NCBI GenBank assembly: GCA_963765495.1 | Contig: CAVXWP010000007.1 | Location: forward strand, 704,001 to 768,000 | Reading direction: 5' to 3' | DNA: 64,000 nucleotides | Origin: Blastocatellia bacterium | GTDB lineage: Bacteria; Acidobacteriota; Blastocatellia; UBA7656 | Shown: positions 47,923 to 57,863 of the stretch, one piece after another | Layout of the letters: each line of letters starts with the position of its first letter | How positions within the stretch are numbered: position 1 is the first letter of the stretch | Notes under the pieces: model-generated | What the model was told of the DNA's origin: nothing | Database searches by the model: none | The model's input: the letters and a program-made list of their open reading frames with translations, nothing else | Position numbers and translations under genes: made by a program

Positions 47923-50181
47923 TTACTGCGCAGTTACCGTCACCTTGCTTGTGCCTACGTTCGAGCTTGAATCAGCCACGCGAAATGCGATTACGTGTTC
48001 ACCCGGCCGGTCGAAACTCACCCTGACCTTGAAGCTCTCTTTTGATGAATCGGCGATCCCATCTGCCGGAAAAACGAGCTTCCAATCGCCTCCGTCTACG
48101 CTGTATTCGCCTCTGACAACGCGGCTCGTAAGGTCTTCCGTCTCGAAGCCGACCTCTGCCGTCTGCCCTTTTACCGTTGGGCCGTTTACCTTGATCGAAG
48201 GCGGCGTGTTGTCTATCTCTATGTTGTCGCTTACCTCTTCATTGGTAAGCGCGAGGCTTTCAGGGTTGCTTGGCTGATCGCTTGCCACCACCTTGAAATG
48301 ATATGTGCCGTCGGGCAGGCGGTTGCCGTCTATTGTGTAGTACTCCACCGACAGGTTATCTGCCAGCACGTGCCATTCGTTGTCGCCAATCGTTCTATAC
48401 AAAATCTTATAGGTCAGGGTATCGCTGTTCGGGTCGGTCCCCTGCCATGTGATCGAGCGAGCGCCCTTTTGAAAGAAACGGCGCGGCGGCACAGAGGACA
48501 CAAGCCCGAATAGTTGCGGATCGAGACCCGAAGAGGCGATTGACGGGTCAATGGCAAGAGGCGTTTCTTGCAGGGCTATGCCCGGCGGCAGGATGGTTAC
48601 GGAACCGACCTCCGGGGCCTGATTGCGCGGCAGATAAGCGATGACGACCGACTGCAATCGCGTGGTGGAATCCGCGCCCGTCGCCTGTGGAGGGCGCGTT
48701 GTGCCGGACTGGCCTGCTGCTGCGCTCTTCAAAACGGCCCGCCACTGTATAAATCGCGCGCGCGGGCTCGTGACCTGATCGCCTGATGCGTTTGCGTAAG
48801 CGGGCGACCAATCGCTCCACGTAGCGTCGGGGCTTTCGGTATTGCCGCTGCGGGTTCGAATCTCGATTCTGCCCGAACCGCGCCAGTTTATGATTCCCCA
48901 TTGCCCCGCGAATTTCGTGTCGTGCACCGGAGAAAGATATGTCCCTTCGCTTACGGTTTCGGGGCTGATTCGATAAAGCCGCCCGAGATTGCTTGAAGTT
49001 GCATACAGTTTATCGCTCGCCGTGAGCAGCGTGGATGTCTGGTCTTCGGGTGATTGAATCAAAAGAGTCTGTGTGTGATCCGGCGCGATTTTGTATATCC
49101 TGCCCTTCTCGCCCGTGCCAAGCAGCACGTTCCCGTCCGCCATCAAATCGAGGCCAAAGCCTACGGCTGTCTTCGATTGCCAGTAGACTTCGCTGCCGCC
49201 GTCGGGGAGTATGCGAAAGACCGCGCTCTTGGCTCCCGTCGCGCTCGATTGACTCGCCGAAGAGCTTTGAGTGAGCAGCCCTGACAGATTTGCCGTTTGA
49301 GTAGTGCCCGATGAATCATCGTCATCGGATGTCGAGATCGTAATTACGTTATCGCTTGAAAGGGTCGTGGTCGTAGAGGTGCCCAGGCTGCTCGATGATT
49401 TGCTCGATGCCTGCTGATTGATGCCAAGGGCATAAATTGACCCGTCTGCCCCTACCGACAGGGCGTGAATTTCCTGAAGGGGCGAATCAAACAGAGCGAA
49501 TGTCTTGCCGTCGGGCGACACCCGCAGCACAAGCCCCGAAGGATCGGTCCCGGCGATTACGTTGCGATTTTTATCCAGAGCGAGCGAGACTATGTTGGTC
49601 TCGTTTGTATCTGCCAGCACCTGTCCTTTGCCCGTAGCGTCTATCTTGTAGATGACTCCCTTATCGCCCGTGCCTGCGTAGAGGGTCGAGGTCGCGGGAT
49701 CGAAAGCAAGCGACCAGATGTACTTATCCCCGGGGTCGAAAAATACCGAGTCGCGTCCTTCGGGTGTGATCTTATAAATCTTGCCGTCGGGGCTTGTCCC
49801 GGCATAGACATTGCCTTGCGCGTCGGTCGCAATCGCGTAAACGTCAAGCTCGGGGGAATCGAAAAGCAGACGGCCCGTTCCGTTTGGTTCTACCTTGAAG
49901 ACGCGCCCTTCGTGGCCGGTTCCCAGATAAATATTCCCCGCCCGGTCTGTGGCGCTCGACCAGATATATGCCTCTTTTGTGTCATAGACCAGGTTGAAAT
50001 CTTTTGCGAGCGTGATCGTGCCGTTTTCGGCAATCGAGACGCCGCGCGCATCGCCTTTGATAATATCTGCCTGACTTGAAACTTCCCAGAATACGGGGCC
50101 GCCGCCAAATACCGGTCCCCCAAGCGCCACAAACGCAAGCAGGGCCAGTGCCGGCCTGTAAAGATGCGATCTTCTAAACAT
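47923..50181 (-). CDS. Secreted beta-propeller protein with C-terminal FN3/Ig-like domains
   Basis: Signal peptide; repeats of GN(I/V)Y(L/A)GT...G(R/K)(V/I)(F/Y)K; LPDGTYHFKVVASD, IDNTPP. Confidence 0.8.
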   Translation of the reverse strand: MFRRSHLYRPALALLAFVALGGPVFGGGPVFWEVSSQADIIKGDARGVSIAENGTITLAKDFNLVYDTKEAYIWSSATDRAGNIYLGTGHEGRVFKVEPNGTGRLLFDSPELDVYAIATDAQGNVYAGTSPDGKIYKITPEGRDSVFFDPGDKYIWSLAFDPATSTLYAGTGDKGVIYKIDATGKGQVLADTNETNIVSLALDKNRNVIAGTDPSGLVLRVSPDGKTFALFDSPLQEIHALSVGADGSIYALGINQQASSKSSSSLGTSTTTTLSSDNVITISTSDDDDSSGTTQTANLSGLLTQSSSASQSSATGAKSAVFRILPDGGSEVYWQSKTAVGFGLDLMADGNVLLGTGEKGRIYKIAPDHTQTLLIQSPEDQTSTLLTASDKLYATSSNLGRLYRISPETVSEGTYLSPVHDTKFAGQWGIINWRGSGRIEIRTRSGNTESPDATWSDWSPAYANASGDQVTSPRARFIQWRAVLKSAAAGQSGTTRPPQATGADSTTRLQSVVIAYLPRNQAPEVGSVTILPPGIALQETPLAIDPSIASSGLDPQLFGLVSSVPPRRFFQKGARSITWQGTDPNSDTLTYKILYRTIGDNEWHVLADNLSVEYYTIDGNRLPDGTYHFKVVASDQPSNPESLALTNEEVSDNIEIDNTPPSIKVNGPTVKGQTAEVGFETEDLTSRVVRGEYSVDGGDWKLVFPADGIADSSKESFKVRVSFDRPGEHVIAFRVADSSSNVGTSKVTVTAQ

Positions 50182-50182
50182 C

Positions 50183-50216
50183 ACAATAGTCCTTTCCAAA
50201 CAATAGTCCTTTCCAA
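50183..50216. repeat. 17-bp perfect tandem duplication spanning the RBS
   Basis: ACAATAGTCCTTTCCAA x2. Confidence 0.85.
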
Positions 50217-50284
50217 AAATTAAAGCCCGCGCCGGGTGCGGGCCAGGGCGAACTGGTTTCCAAAATGTAGAACTGGAAAATCAG

Positions 50285-50388
50285 AATAGGCCACGGATGA
50301 ACGCGGATCGGACGGATTTACGCGGATATGCCCCTGTATGAGCTAATCCGTGTTCATCCGTCGCATCCGCGTTCATCCGTGGCCTATT
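50285..50388. repeat. AATAGGCC-ended fold-back element
   Basis: AATAGGCCACGGATGAACGCGGAT ... ATCCGCGTTCATCCGTGGCCTATT. Confidence 0.9.
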
Positions 50389-50461
50389 GCCATTCGTCTT
50401 TCGTTCAAATTAACCTTCAATACTGCTGACGCCGAATACCTACAGATCAAAGATCGTCACC

Positions 50462-52327
50462 TTACTGAATCACGTTGATAGTGATGGTCTGCTGTCCGCT
50501 GATAATGAACTGCGACGGAGGCAATTCTTCTTCGGCAAGCGTGGCGATCGACAGAGGCGTATAGCCTCCTGATGTGCGCTCGCTTCCGAGCGTCGCCAGA
50601 ACCGACGGCGGCAACGTAGGCATCACCTCGCTATTGACGATAGCGCCAGTGCCGGATCGTATGATCTTCACATAGAGGCGATTATTCTTTTTGAGCTTAT
50701 TGATCGCCCGCACAAGCTGGCTGAGGTCTTTGGGCGTAAAGTCGGCCCCGGCTTGAGTGCTCACATCGGTCTGGTTTATCGAAGCGCCGTCGCCGACCAT
50801 GACTACCAGCGGGCCGAGCGGAGCGTCTGCCGGAATCTCGAGCGGTATGCGCTCTACGAATTCGGCCCCGTTGTCGTTACGGGCAAAAGCCTGAATTTCA
50901 AGCTTCTCGCCGCGATGCACTTCGGTTTTGTCTACCCACAGGCGATTGAGCGTGCCGTTTGAGCGGCTGTCGCTCGAAGTGACATCGAGTTCGACCCCGC
51001 GCAGATCGAGAGCGTCGAATCCGCTGTTGAGCAGTACCGCAAGCGGGCGCTCGACGGCTGAGACCGCATAAAACGCAGCGCCGTTTGGAGCGGAGAAACT
51101 GTTGTCGAGCAAAACGTCGGGCTGACCTTCTATCGAGATGTGACCGCTGAGCTTGATCGTCTGATTGCCGATCTGCCTCTCGGTCGCAGAGATGGCGGAA
51201 AAGAGCGCGATCTTCATCAAAAGCGGAGTCAGAAACGCATCCGTCACTACTTCAAAATTATAGGTCTCGACCTTGTTGTTGCTTGTGTGTATCCGAACGC
51301 GAACCGGGACCATTTTCGGTTGCTCGCCGAGTTGCCCGAATATGCCGGTCGAGCGATCCTGGCTGATCGAGCCTACGAGATTGCCGCCTGCCGCAAGCTT
51401 GAACGAGTTATTAAGATTTGGAACTACGGTAACGACGGAAGATTCGGCCATCGGCCACTGGGCGCGCCCGGAACTGAGGAACGGGTGCCCGAATGCATAA
51501 ATCTGCCGGTCGTCGCGGTATGTTACCGTGCCTGCCGCGTCCACGGTGAAATCTCCTCGGATGAGTTGCGCGCTGACGGATGTGCCGGGCGCGAGCGTAG
51601 TGTCATCGAAGGGGACCATAGGCGCGAGGCTCGACCCACCGCCTACGCCCGCTATTGGCTGGATGCCCGCTTTCTTTAAATCGCCCGCGAACATATCGAC
51701 GACCGATTGAGGTATGCCTGAGAATGTCACAGGGGTCGCAATGGGCGTGATCGTCTGTCCGACGTAAGGCGCAAGCCCCGCACCGGCAGAGGCGGCTCGC
51801 GGTCCTATCTGCACAGTGGGCGCGGGCGTAAATCGAGCACCTTCGGTAAATCGAACGCCTTCGGATGCCGAAGCCATCAGGGTGGAGAAGCTGACTCGCT
51901 GGCCGGACTGTCGCACTTCTTCGCCGCCCTGCTCAAATACCTGAATCATGTATTTGATGGGTGTGATCCCGGCTATCGGTTCTTTGGCAAACGGGAAAGC
52001 GTAGGCGACCGCGCCGACGAGTTTTCCGTCGATATAGACGGGGCTGCCGCTCATCCCGGCAAAGACGCTCGTGCGTTCGACGAGGGGTCCGCTCAGGCGG
52101 GCGATGATGAGGCTCTGTTTGGGATTTGGCATCCCGTCGAGCAATCCCAGAATTTCGACATCGAACCGCTCAGGTTTGCTTCCTTGAAATACCGTTAACC
52201 CGTAGCCCTTCATGCCCGGATGAACATCTTCCAGAGGCATGAGGTTAGAGTTCGAATGTGCATCCGATGCAAGCGCCACGGCGCTTGCGGCGAGCAAGAG
52301 ACATATTAAAGTAACAAGATGCTTCAT
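50462..52327 (-). CDS. SpoIVB peptidase S55 domain protein
   Basis: Signal peptide MKHLVTLICLLLAASAVALA; GMKGYGLTVF, AGMSGSPVYIDGKLVGAV, GTVT, AFGHPF. Confidence 0.9.
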   Translation of the reverse strand: MKHLVTLICLLLAASAVALASDAHSNSNLMPLEDVHPGMKGYGLTVFQGSKPERFDVEILGLLDGMPNPKQSLIIARLSGPLVERTSVFAGMSGSPVYIDGKLVGAVAYAFPFAKEPIAGITPIKYMIQVFEQGGEEVRQSGQRVSFSTLMASASEGVRFTEGARFTPAPTVQIGPRAASAGAGLAPYVGQTITPIATPVTFSGIPQSVVDMFAGDLKKAGIQPIAGVGGGSSLAPMVPFDDTTLAPGTSVSAQLIRGDFTVDAAGTVTYRDDRQIYAFGHPFLSSGRAQWPMAESSVVTVVPNLNNSFKLAAGGNLVGSISQDRSTGIFGQLGEQPKMVPVRVRIHTSNNKVETYNFEVVTDAFLTPLLMKIALFSAISATERQIGNQTIKLSGHISIEGQPDVLLDNSFSAPNGAAFYAVSAVERPLAVLLNSGFDALDLRGVELDVTSSDSRSNGTLNRLWVDKTEVHRGEKLEIQAFARNDNGAEFVERIPLEIPADAPLGPLVVMVGDGASINQTDVSTQAGADFTPKDLSQLVRAINKLKKNNRLYVKIIRSGTGAIVNSEVMPTLPPSVLATLGSERTSGGYTPLSIATLAEEELPPSQFIISGQQTITINVIQ

Positions 52328-52603
52328 AGAATTCCTTAAATCATCGAGGGTTGCCAAAGGTGCCGTTTCAATTTTGCCCTTAATTTCATAAGCGCTTGAC
52401 GGTGCCGGGATTTGCGTTCTGGAGATCGCATGAAGATGATAACCGTCTGCAATTTTTAATGTCAAGACTCTTAAACTTTCGCATCATAAACGCAACATTG
52501 CCCGGGCTTGATGCCCGGCCTGAGAATATCATTGTGGGAACCTCCCTGATGGCGTAGTATCAATAGTGCAGCGCGCTTGTAGCGCCGGTTGAATCCTTAG
52601 TCC

Positions 52604-52636
52604 TACTGGAATGACTTTACTGGAATGACTTTACTG
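52604..52636. repeat. 14-bp tandem duplication
   Basis: TACTGGAATGACTT x2 plus a partial third copy. Confidence 0.75.
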
Positions 52637-52680
52637 ACATGAATTCTGAGCAACCATCACGACTTCTTAATCTGACAAAA

Positions 52681-53454
52681 ATGGTAGACATCCACTCCCA
52701 CATACTATGGGAGGTGGATGACGGTTCTCATAGTCTCGACGAATCGCTTGAGATGTGCAGGATTTCGGCCGATGACGGCATCAGCGTAATCGTGGCCACT
52801 CCGCACGCCCACGACAGTCTGCACAAGACTCATGATCCGGCCTTCCTGCGTCAGAAAGTAGAAGACCTCAATAATCGGCTTCAGGGCCGCCCTCGAATAG
52901 AACTGGGTTGCGAACTTCGCTTCACCCACGATGTAGTAAGGCATATCTGCCGAGACAAGACCGCGCCTACGCTTGCGGGAGGCAAATATGTGCTCGTAGA
53001 GTTCCCGCACGCGGTGGTACCGCTTGGGAGCGAGCGCGCTCTGTTCGAGCTTATGAGCAACGACATCCACCCTATCATCGCTCATCCCGAGCGCAACCAT
53101 ATGCTGATGGCTGAGCCCGAGCGTTTTTTTGAGCTTATCGAGATGGGAGCACTTGGACAGGCCGATACCGGGTCGTTTACCGGCAACTTCGGTCGCAAGG
53201 TTCAGCAGGCGGCCGAAATCATGCTCGATCACGGGTTGCTGCACATGATCGCAAGCGACTGTCACAACACGCGCAATCGCCTGCCCGGTATGAGCGCCGC
53301 CGTAGCTGCCGTAGCCGATCTGGTCGGCGATGATTATGCCGTCGCGATGGCCGAATCAAACCCTATGGCCGTCGTCGAAGGGAAATCGATTCCGATTCGC
53401 CCCTCGCCTGTTCAGCCTAAGAAGCGCAAGAAATGGATGTTCTTTAATCGCTAG
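52681..53454 (+). CDS. CpsB/CapC (YwqE-like) PHP-family tyrosine-protein phosphatase
   Basis: MVDIHSHIL..DDGS, ATPH, IAHPERN, ASDCH. Confidence 0.93.
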   Translation: MVDIHSHILWEVDDGSHSLDESLEMCRISADDGISVIVATPHAHDSLHKTHDPAFLRQKVEDLNNRLQGRPRIELGCELRFTHDVVRHICRDKTAPTLAGGKYVLVEFPHAVVPLGSERALFELMSNDIHPIIAHPERNHMLMAEPERFFELIEMGALGQADTGSFTGNFGRKVQQAAEIMLDHGLLHMIASDCHNTRNRLPGMSAAVAAVADLVGDDYAVAMAESNPMAVVEGKSIPIRPSPVQPKKRKKWMFFNR

Positions 53455-53490
53455 ACGGGATTAACCGGATTATTCGGGTTTACAAGAAAT

Positions 53491-54540
53491 TCACTCCGAG
53501 TTTGTAAATTCTATCAAACGCCGGAGCTTTCGAAGCGCCTCGCCGCTGTCGATTGACTGTGAGGCGAGGGCGAGCCCCTCCTTGAAACCGCGAGCCTTAT
53601 TGCTCACCACAAACGCAGCCGCCGCGTTCAAGAGAACGATGTCGCGTCGCGGGCCTTCGGCCCCCTTGAGGATGCCGAGGATAATCCCGGCATTTTCATC
53701 CCTGTCGCCTCCCCGAATCTCTTTGAGTGAAGCTTGCCTGAGACCGAAATCTTCCGGGCTGATTGTGTAAGTCTCGATCCGGCCTCCGCTCAACTCGGTC
53801 ACTCTTGTCGGAGCCGACAGGCTGATCTCATCAAGCCCGTCGCTTGAGGAAACGACGAGGGCGCGACGGCTCCCGAGTCGTCGGAGCACCTCGGCAAGCA
53901 GTTCGGTCAGGCTTTCGGCGTAAACTCCTATGACCTGAGCGTCGGCACCGGCTGGATTTGTGAGCGGCCCCAGCATATTGAAGATCGTTCGGATGCCCAT
54001 CTGTTTGCGGGCCGTTGCCACGTGTTTCATCGCCGTGTGCAGCAATGGGGCGTAAAGAAAACCTATTCCTACCTCGTCTATCGAGCGCGCTATCCGGTCG
54101 GGAGAAATCTCTATACGCACGCCGAGCGCCTCGACCACATCGGCGCTTCCGCACTGGCTCGACACGGAGCGGTTACCGTGCTTTGCCACGCGAAGCCCGC
54201 CGCCTGCCGCTACGAAGGCGGTGGCGGTCGATATGTTGAAGCTGCCGCTCACGTCTCCGCCCGTGCCGCAGGTATCTATCAATGCCTCGCGCTCGGTCCC
54301 GCCAATCTCTGTTGCAACCGTGCTGTAGGGCTGCACGCTTGAAGCCCGTCTGCGCATCACCCTTGCAAATCCCGTCAACTCTTCAGCCGTCTCGCCTTTC
54401 ATTCTGAGAGCCGTCAGCAACGCCCCTATCTGCGCGTCGCTCGACTCCCCCGACATTATCTGTTCAAGCACGGCCTCGGCCTCGTCCACGCTCAGGTCGT
54501 GGCGCTCAACCACTCTCTTTATCGCTTCCGTTATCGTCAT
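53491..54540 (-). CDS. trpD: Anthranilate phosphoribosyltransferase
   Basis: DTCGTGGD, FNIST, AKHGNRSVSS..GSAD, RTIFNMLGPLTNP, DGLDE. Confidence 0.97.
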   Translation of the reverse strand: MTITEAIKRVVERHDLSVDEAEAVLEQIMSGESSDAQIGALLTALRMKGETAEELTGFARVMRRRASSVQPYSTVATEIGGTEREALIDTCGTGGDVSGSFNISTATAFVAAGGGLRVAKHGNRSVSSQCGSADVVEALGVRIEISPDRIARSIDEVGIGFLYAPLLHTAMKHVATARKQMGIRTIFNMLGPLTNPAGADAQVIGVYAESLTELLAEVLRRLGSRRALVVSSSDGLDEISLSAPTRVTELSGGRIETYTISPEDFGLRQASLKEIRGGDRDENAGIILGILKGAEGPRRDIVLLNAAAAFVVSNKARGFKEGLALASQSIDSGEALRKLRRLIEFTNSE

Positions 54541-54581
54541 CGCAAGACTTACCCTAGCACGCAGAGCCGTGAATAGTTAAG

Positions 54582-54617
54582 CTGTCACTGAACCTGTCAC
54601 TGAACCTGTCACTGAAC
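54582..54617. repeat. 12-bp perfect tandem repeat x3
   Basis: CTGTCACTGAAC x3, upstream of trpD. Confidence 0.9.
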
Positions 54618-54937
54618 CACGGGCCTTGAGAGAGTTAAGGGCAGATTGACCAAATTCGCCGGGCAGTTCGTTCAATATGACATGAGCGATTGTTGCTCAT
54701 TTGGGTAATGCTACGGCCATATATTGAGAGAACACAGTGGTTTATGTAAGATCGAATGCTTAGAAGGCGATCTGGCATTTCTATTGCAAAACGAGAAATA
54801 CGACATTGTATGTAGTGGGCGAAACATAGGCAATAATTCTTGTAGATGTCTCGGCTGTCAATTGTCAGAGTCGATTCAAGAAATGGTTTCGACGTTGTCG
54901 ACAATGTATTAGTTATTGAGCAAGTATAGGGTCCGTT

Positions 54938-56539
54938 ATGACAACAAATTCGTTTGAGAATCTCTTTGATCTCTATGCCGATCCCTCCATAGCATCACAG
55001 AGTAATCCGGCAGGCTATCCGCAAGCGCCCGTAGCCACGCCGCCAAATTGTGAGGTCGCAGATCAGACCGACTTCCGTCAGGAGCTTGAGAGCCTGTTAT
55101 CGCGTGTGGAAAGCGCCACCACTCATTATGGCGTATTGGGTCTCGAGAGCGAGGCGAGCAACGAGCAGATCAGGATCGCATTTCAACATTCCAGGGCGCT
55201 TCTTCGCCGGGCGGCCTCCGCAGTCGATCTGCGCCTGCCCGACAAGTTGCGGTGCAGGGTAGGGGCTTCATTCGGGAGAATCTCAAGCGCATTCACCGTG
55301 TTGGGAAACTCAGCCAAACGGATGGAATATGATCACGTTCAAAAGCCGACCAGTGACAGAACCCCTTCTCAAACCGATGCCCCGCAAACAATGAATGCCG
55401 ATTCCGGCCCGCTTGTTTCCGGTCAGAGATTTGACAGCTTGACGCTCGACGATCTTGCCGCCGATAATCGCCGCCAGTCGAAGCGCTTCAAGACATCATT
55501 GCCCGTTCACGTTATCGGATTTACAACAAAGGACGAGGATTGGTATGAGCAGGTCGAGACGGTTGATATCAGCCTACAGGGAGCCAGGATTCGACTTGGG
55601 AGGCGCGTAAAGAAAGGAACCGTTCTCTATCTTTCGCTGCCGATGCCGGAAGAACTGCGCCGTCACGGTCACAGGGAACCGAATTACAGAGTCTACGCGC
55701 ATGTGAGGCGCATAGAGCCTCTTAAAGAAGGAAGCCGGATCATAGGGCTTGAGTTTATAGGCGAAAACCCGCCGGAAGGGTATGACAAGAAGCCCTGGGC
55801 CGTCTTTCATCTGAATGAAAAATGGTCCGGCGTAGAGCGCCGCAGAAAGCCGCGAGAGGAGAGGTCCGACGTAATCTGGGTCGAGTACTTCGATGAATCG
55901 CTGGAATGGGTAAGCCAGGAGATGGGGCGAACTGAAAACATCAGCGATGACGGCATGCGAGTCTCAGTCAAGCGTCCGCCCGCCGATTTCGAGATGGTCA
56001 GGATAAGTCTCACAAACCGCAGTTTCGAGAGCTTTGCAGTCGTGTGTAACCGCTTCACTGGAGCCGACGGGCTGGACCGTTTGTGTCTCCGTTTCCTGGA
56101 TGATAAGTGGCTTCTCGATCTCGCCCAGCAGGAATCCTTTTCCGAAAGCGAACATACCTGGATTCCATCCCGGCGAAAGAAGGTGCTCGTGGCTGATGAC
56201 GATTCGCCTCTCAGACGGGTTCTCTATAAGATACTGACGCAGGCGGGTTATGAAGTAGTGATAGCCCAGGACGGGCTTGAGGCAGTCGAGAAGGCAAGGG
56301 TTGAGAAACCCGATCTTGTGCTGACCGATGCGCTGATGCCCAGAATGCATGGCTTTGTGGTCTCTAAAGCGGTCAAGGAACTTAGCCCGCCTCCGAAGGT
56401 CATACTGCTGACAGCGGTCTACACAAAGACAAGCTATAAATGGGAGGCGAAATCCAAATATGGCGCAGACGATCTTGTGACAAAACCCTTCGAAGTCGCC
56501 GACCTGCTTGCCCGGATCGAAAAACATCTGGCCGATTGA
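54938..56539 (+). CDS. J-like domain + two PilZ domains + receiver (REC) domain protein
   Basis: THYGVLGL (no HPD); RRQSKRF/DISLQG and RRRKPR/NISDDG PilZ motifs; VLVADDD, TDALMPRMHG, LLTA, KPF. Confidence 0.85.
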   Translation: MTTNSFENLFDLYADPSIASQSNPAGYPQAPVATPPNCEVADQTDFRQELESLLSRVESATTHYGVLGLESEASNEQIRIAFQHSRALLRRAASAVDLRLPDKLRCRVGASFGRISSAFTVLGNSAKRMEYDHVQKPTSDRTPSQTDAPQTMNADSGPLVSGQRFDSLTLDDLAADNRRQSKRFKTSLPVHVIGFTTKDEDWYEQVETVDISLQGARIRLGRRVKKGTVLYLSLPMPEELRRHGHREPNYRVYAHVRRIEPLKEGSRIIGLEFIGENPPEGYDKKPWAVFHLNEKWSGVERRRKPREERSDVIWVEYFDESLEWVSQEMGRTENISDDGMRVSVKRPPADFEMVRISLTNRSFESFAVVCNRFTGADGLDRLCLRFLDDKWLLDLAQQESFSESEHTWIPSRRKKVLVADDDSPLRRVLYKILTQAGYEVVIAQDGLEAVEKARVEKPDLVLTDALMPRMHGFVVSKAVKELSPPPKVILLTAVYTKTSYKWEAKSKYGADDLVTKPFEVADLLARIEKHLAD

Positions 56540-56551
56540 GGGCACGGGAAA

Positions 56552-57817
56552 TCACTTTTGAGATGACAGTCGCAAATTGCGGCGCGGCGTCTCTGCAATC
56601 TGATTCGAACTCTTATTAAAGGCGATAACTCGCCATCGCAATCGACCGTCGCCCGCTTTCTCTTTCAACCACGAAGGAGCCCGGTATCCGTCCGCGCCCG
56701 GCAACAACACGGCCGAAACTATTAACCGCCCCTCGGAATCTTCTACTTCGACTCGATAAAAGGTTGCTTCCTCTATCTCAACCCATCTGAAATCCGCCGG
56801 CCCGTCTGGGGGGATGAGTGAATTTTCGGCGGGCGAAATCAGCGCGAGTCTTTCGGCAGGTGGAGAGCCTGACTGCAAGGTGGAACCGCCTCCCACGTAG
56901 TAGCGCAGCACCGGAAGGGGAAAGCCCGCGACAGCGCCGGTTTGAGAGCCTGCGAGCGTGTCCGGGATTGCCCCGGAGGCAGAACCGCCTCTCGCGTCTT
57001 CGCTCGCTTCTATGCGGAGCAACACGACGTAGCCTCCGTCAATATGATTTGGCACGCGCCACGTTTCGGGTCCGGGCAGGATGAATCTGCCTGTCGGCGG
57101 CAGATAGATATTGAATCTGCTCAATTCGGTGTAGCGCCTTTGCAGCCCGCGTTCTTCTACAGGCAGCGTGGCCTCCGTCAGCAGGTCGCGCTCGGAGGGC
57201 GACTCTTCGCCCGGCTTCACGATTTCCCATCGCCCTTTCAGGCGGCCCGTTCCCGTGTAGGTGATCTCGGCTCTTACGGGAGGCAATTTCTCGTCCGGCT
57301 TTATTAAAAGGATCGGTTTGTCAACGCCCCACGAAAGCCTTACATCAGTGATCGAGAAGGGAGTGGCCGCACCGTTTCCGCTCAGGCGAATCGTTACGGG
57401 CACAAATTCATCAGGCCCGCCTGCGGTGCTCACAAATCGGCGCACATAAAAGAATGTAGCCTCGGCTCCGTTTGCGGCGTCAATGTATGCGCGCCTGGCA
57501 ACCGAAGAGGGGATCGACATAATATCCGTATAAGTGCCCGAGCCGTTCAGTCTCGACTGGTCGTAACGTACCGGCAGACAGCCGAATACATTTGCCGGGT
57601 TGCATTTGAACCCGAGGTCGGGTTCGGCTGAAATCAGATCGCCGCACCAGCAGGCATCCGCAGGCCGTTTGTTGACTACGCCCGTGAATGTGAGAAAGAC
57701 CGTGGTCGCCCCCTGAGAGTAGGCATTCACACTACTCGGAGAGACCTTGATTTGTTGAGCGGCGGCTGGGGCCGTAAGCGAGATCAGAAACAGCGCAGCA
57801 ATCAATATCCTTTTCAC
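56552..57817 (-). CDS. Exported beta-rich hypothetical protein
   Basis: CAGGAG RBS then GTG (alternative TTG 57823); signal peptide ending APAAA; C-terminal FN3-like (FRW...YRVEV...WRVIA). Confidence 0.75.
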   Translation of the reverse strand: MKRILIAALFLISLTAPAAAQQIKVSPSSVNAYSQGATTVFLTFTGVVNKRPADACWCGDLISAEPDLGFKCNPANVFGCLPVRYDQSRLNGSGTYTDIMSIPSSVARRAYIDAANGAEATFFYVRRFVSTAGGPDEFVPVTIRLSGNGAATPFSITDVRLSWGVDKPILLIKPDEKLPPVRAEITYTGTGRLKGRWEIVKPGEESPSERDLLTEATLPVEERGLQRRYTELSRFNIYLPPTGRFILPGPETWRVPNHIDGGYVVLLRIEASEDARGGSASGAIPDTLAGSQTGAVAGFPLPVLRYYVGGGSTLQSGSPPAERLALISPAENSLIPPDGPADFRWVEIEEATFYRVEVEDSEGRLIVSAVLLPGADGYRAPSWLKEKAGDGRLRWRVIAFNKSSNQIAETPRRNLRLSSQK

Positions 57818-57863
57818 TTTCAACTCCTGTCGCGGTAGCTTTATCGGTTCAATCGGCTTTCAA

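Noticed and set aside
54724-54912. 62-aa Cys-rich ORF upstream of the PilZ/REC gene
   Set aside because: TTG start, no RBS, no signal peptide or recognisable Cys pattern; probably promoter DNA.
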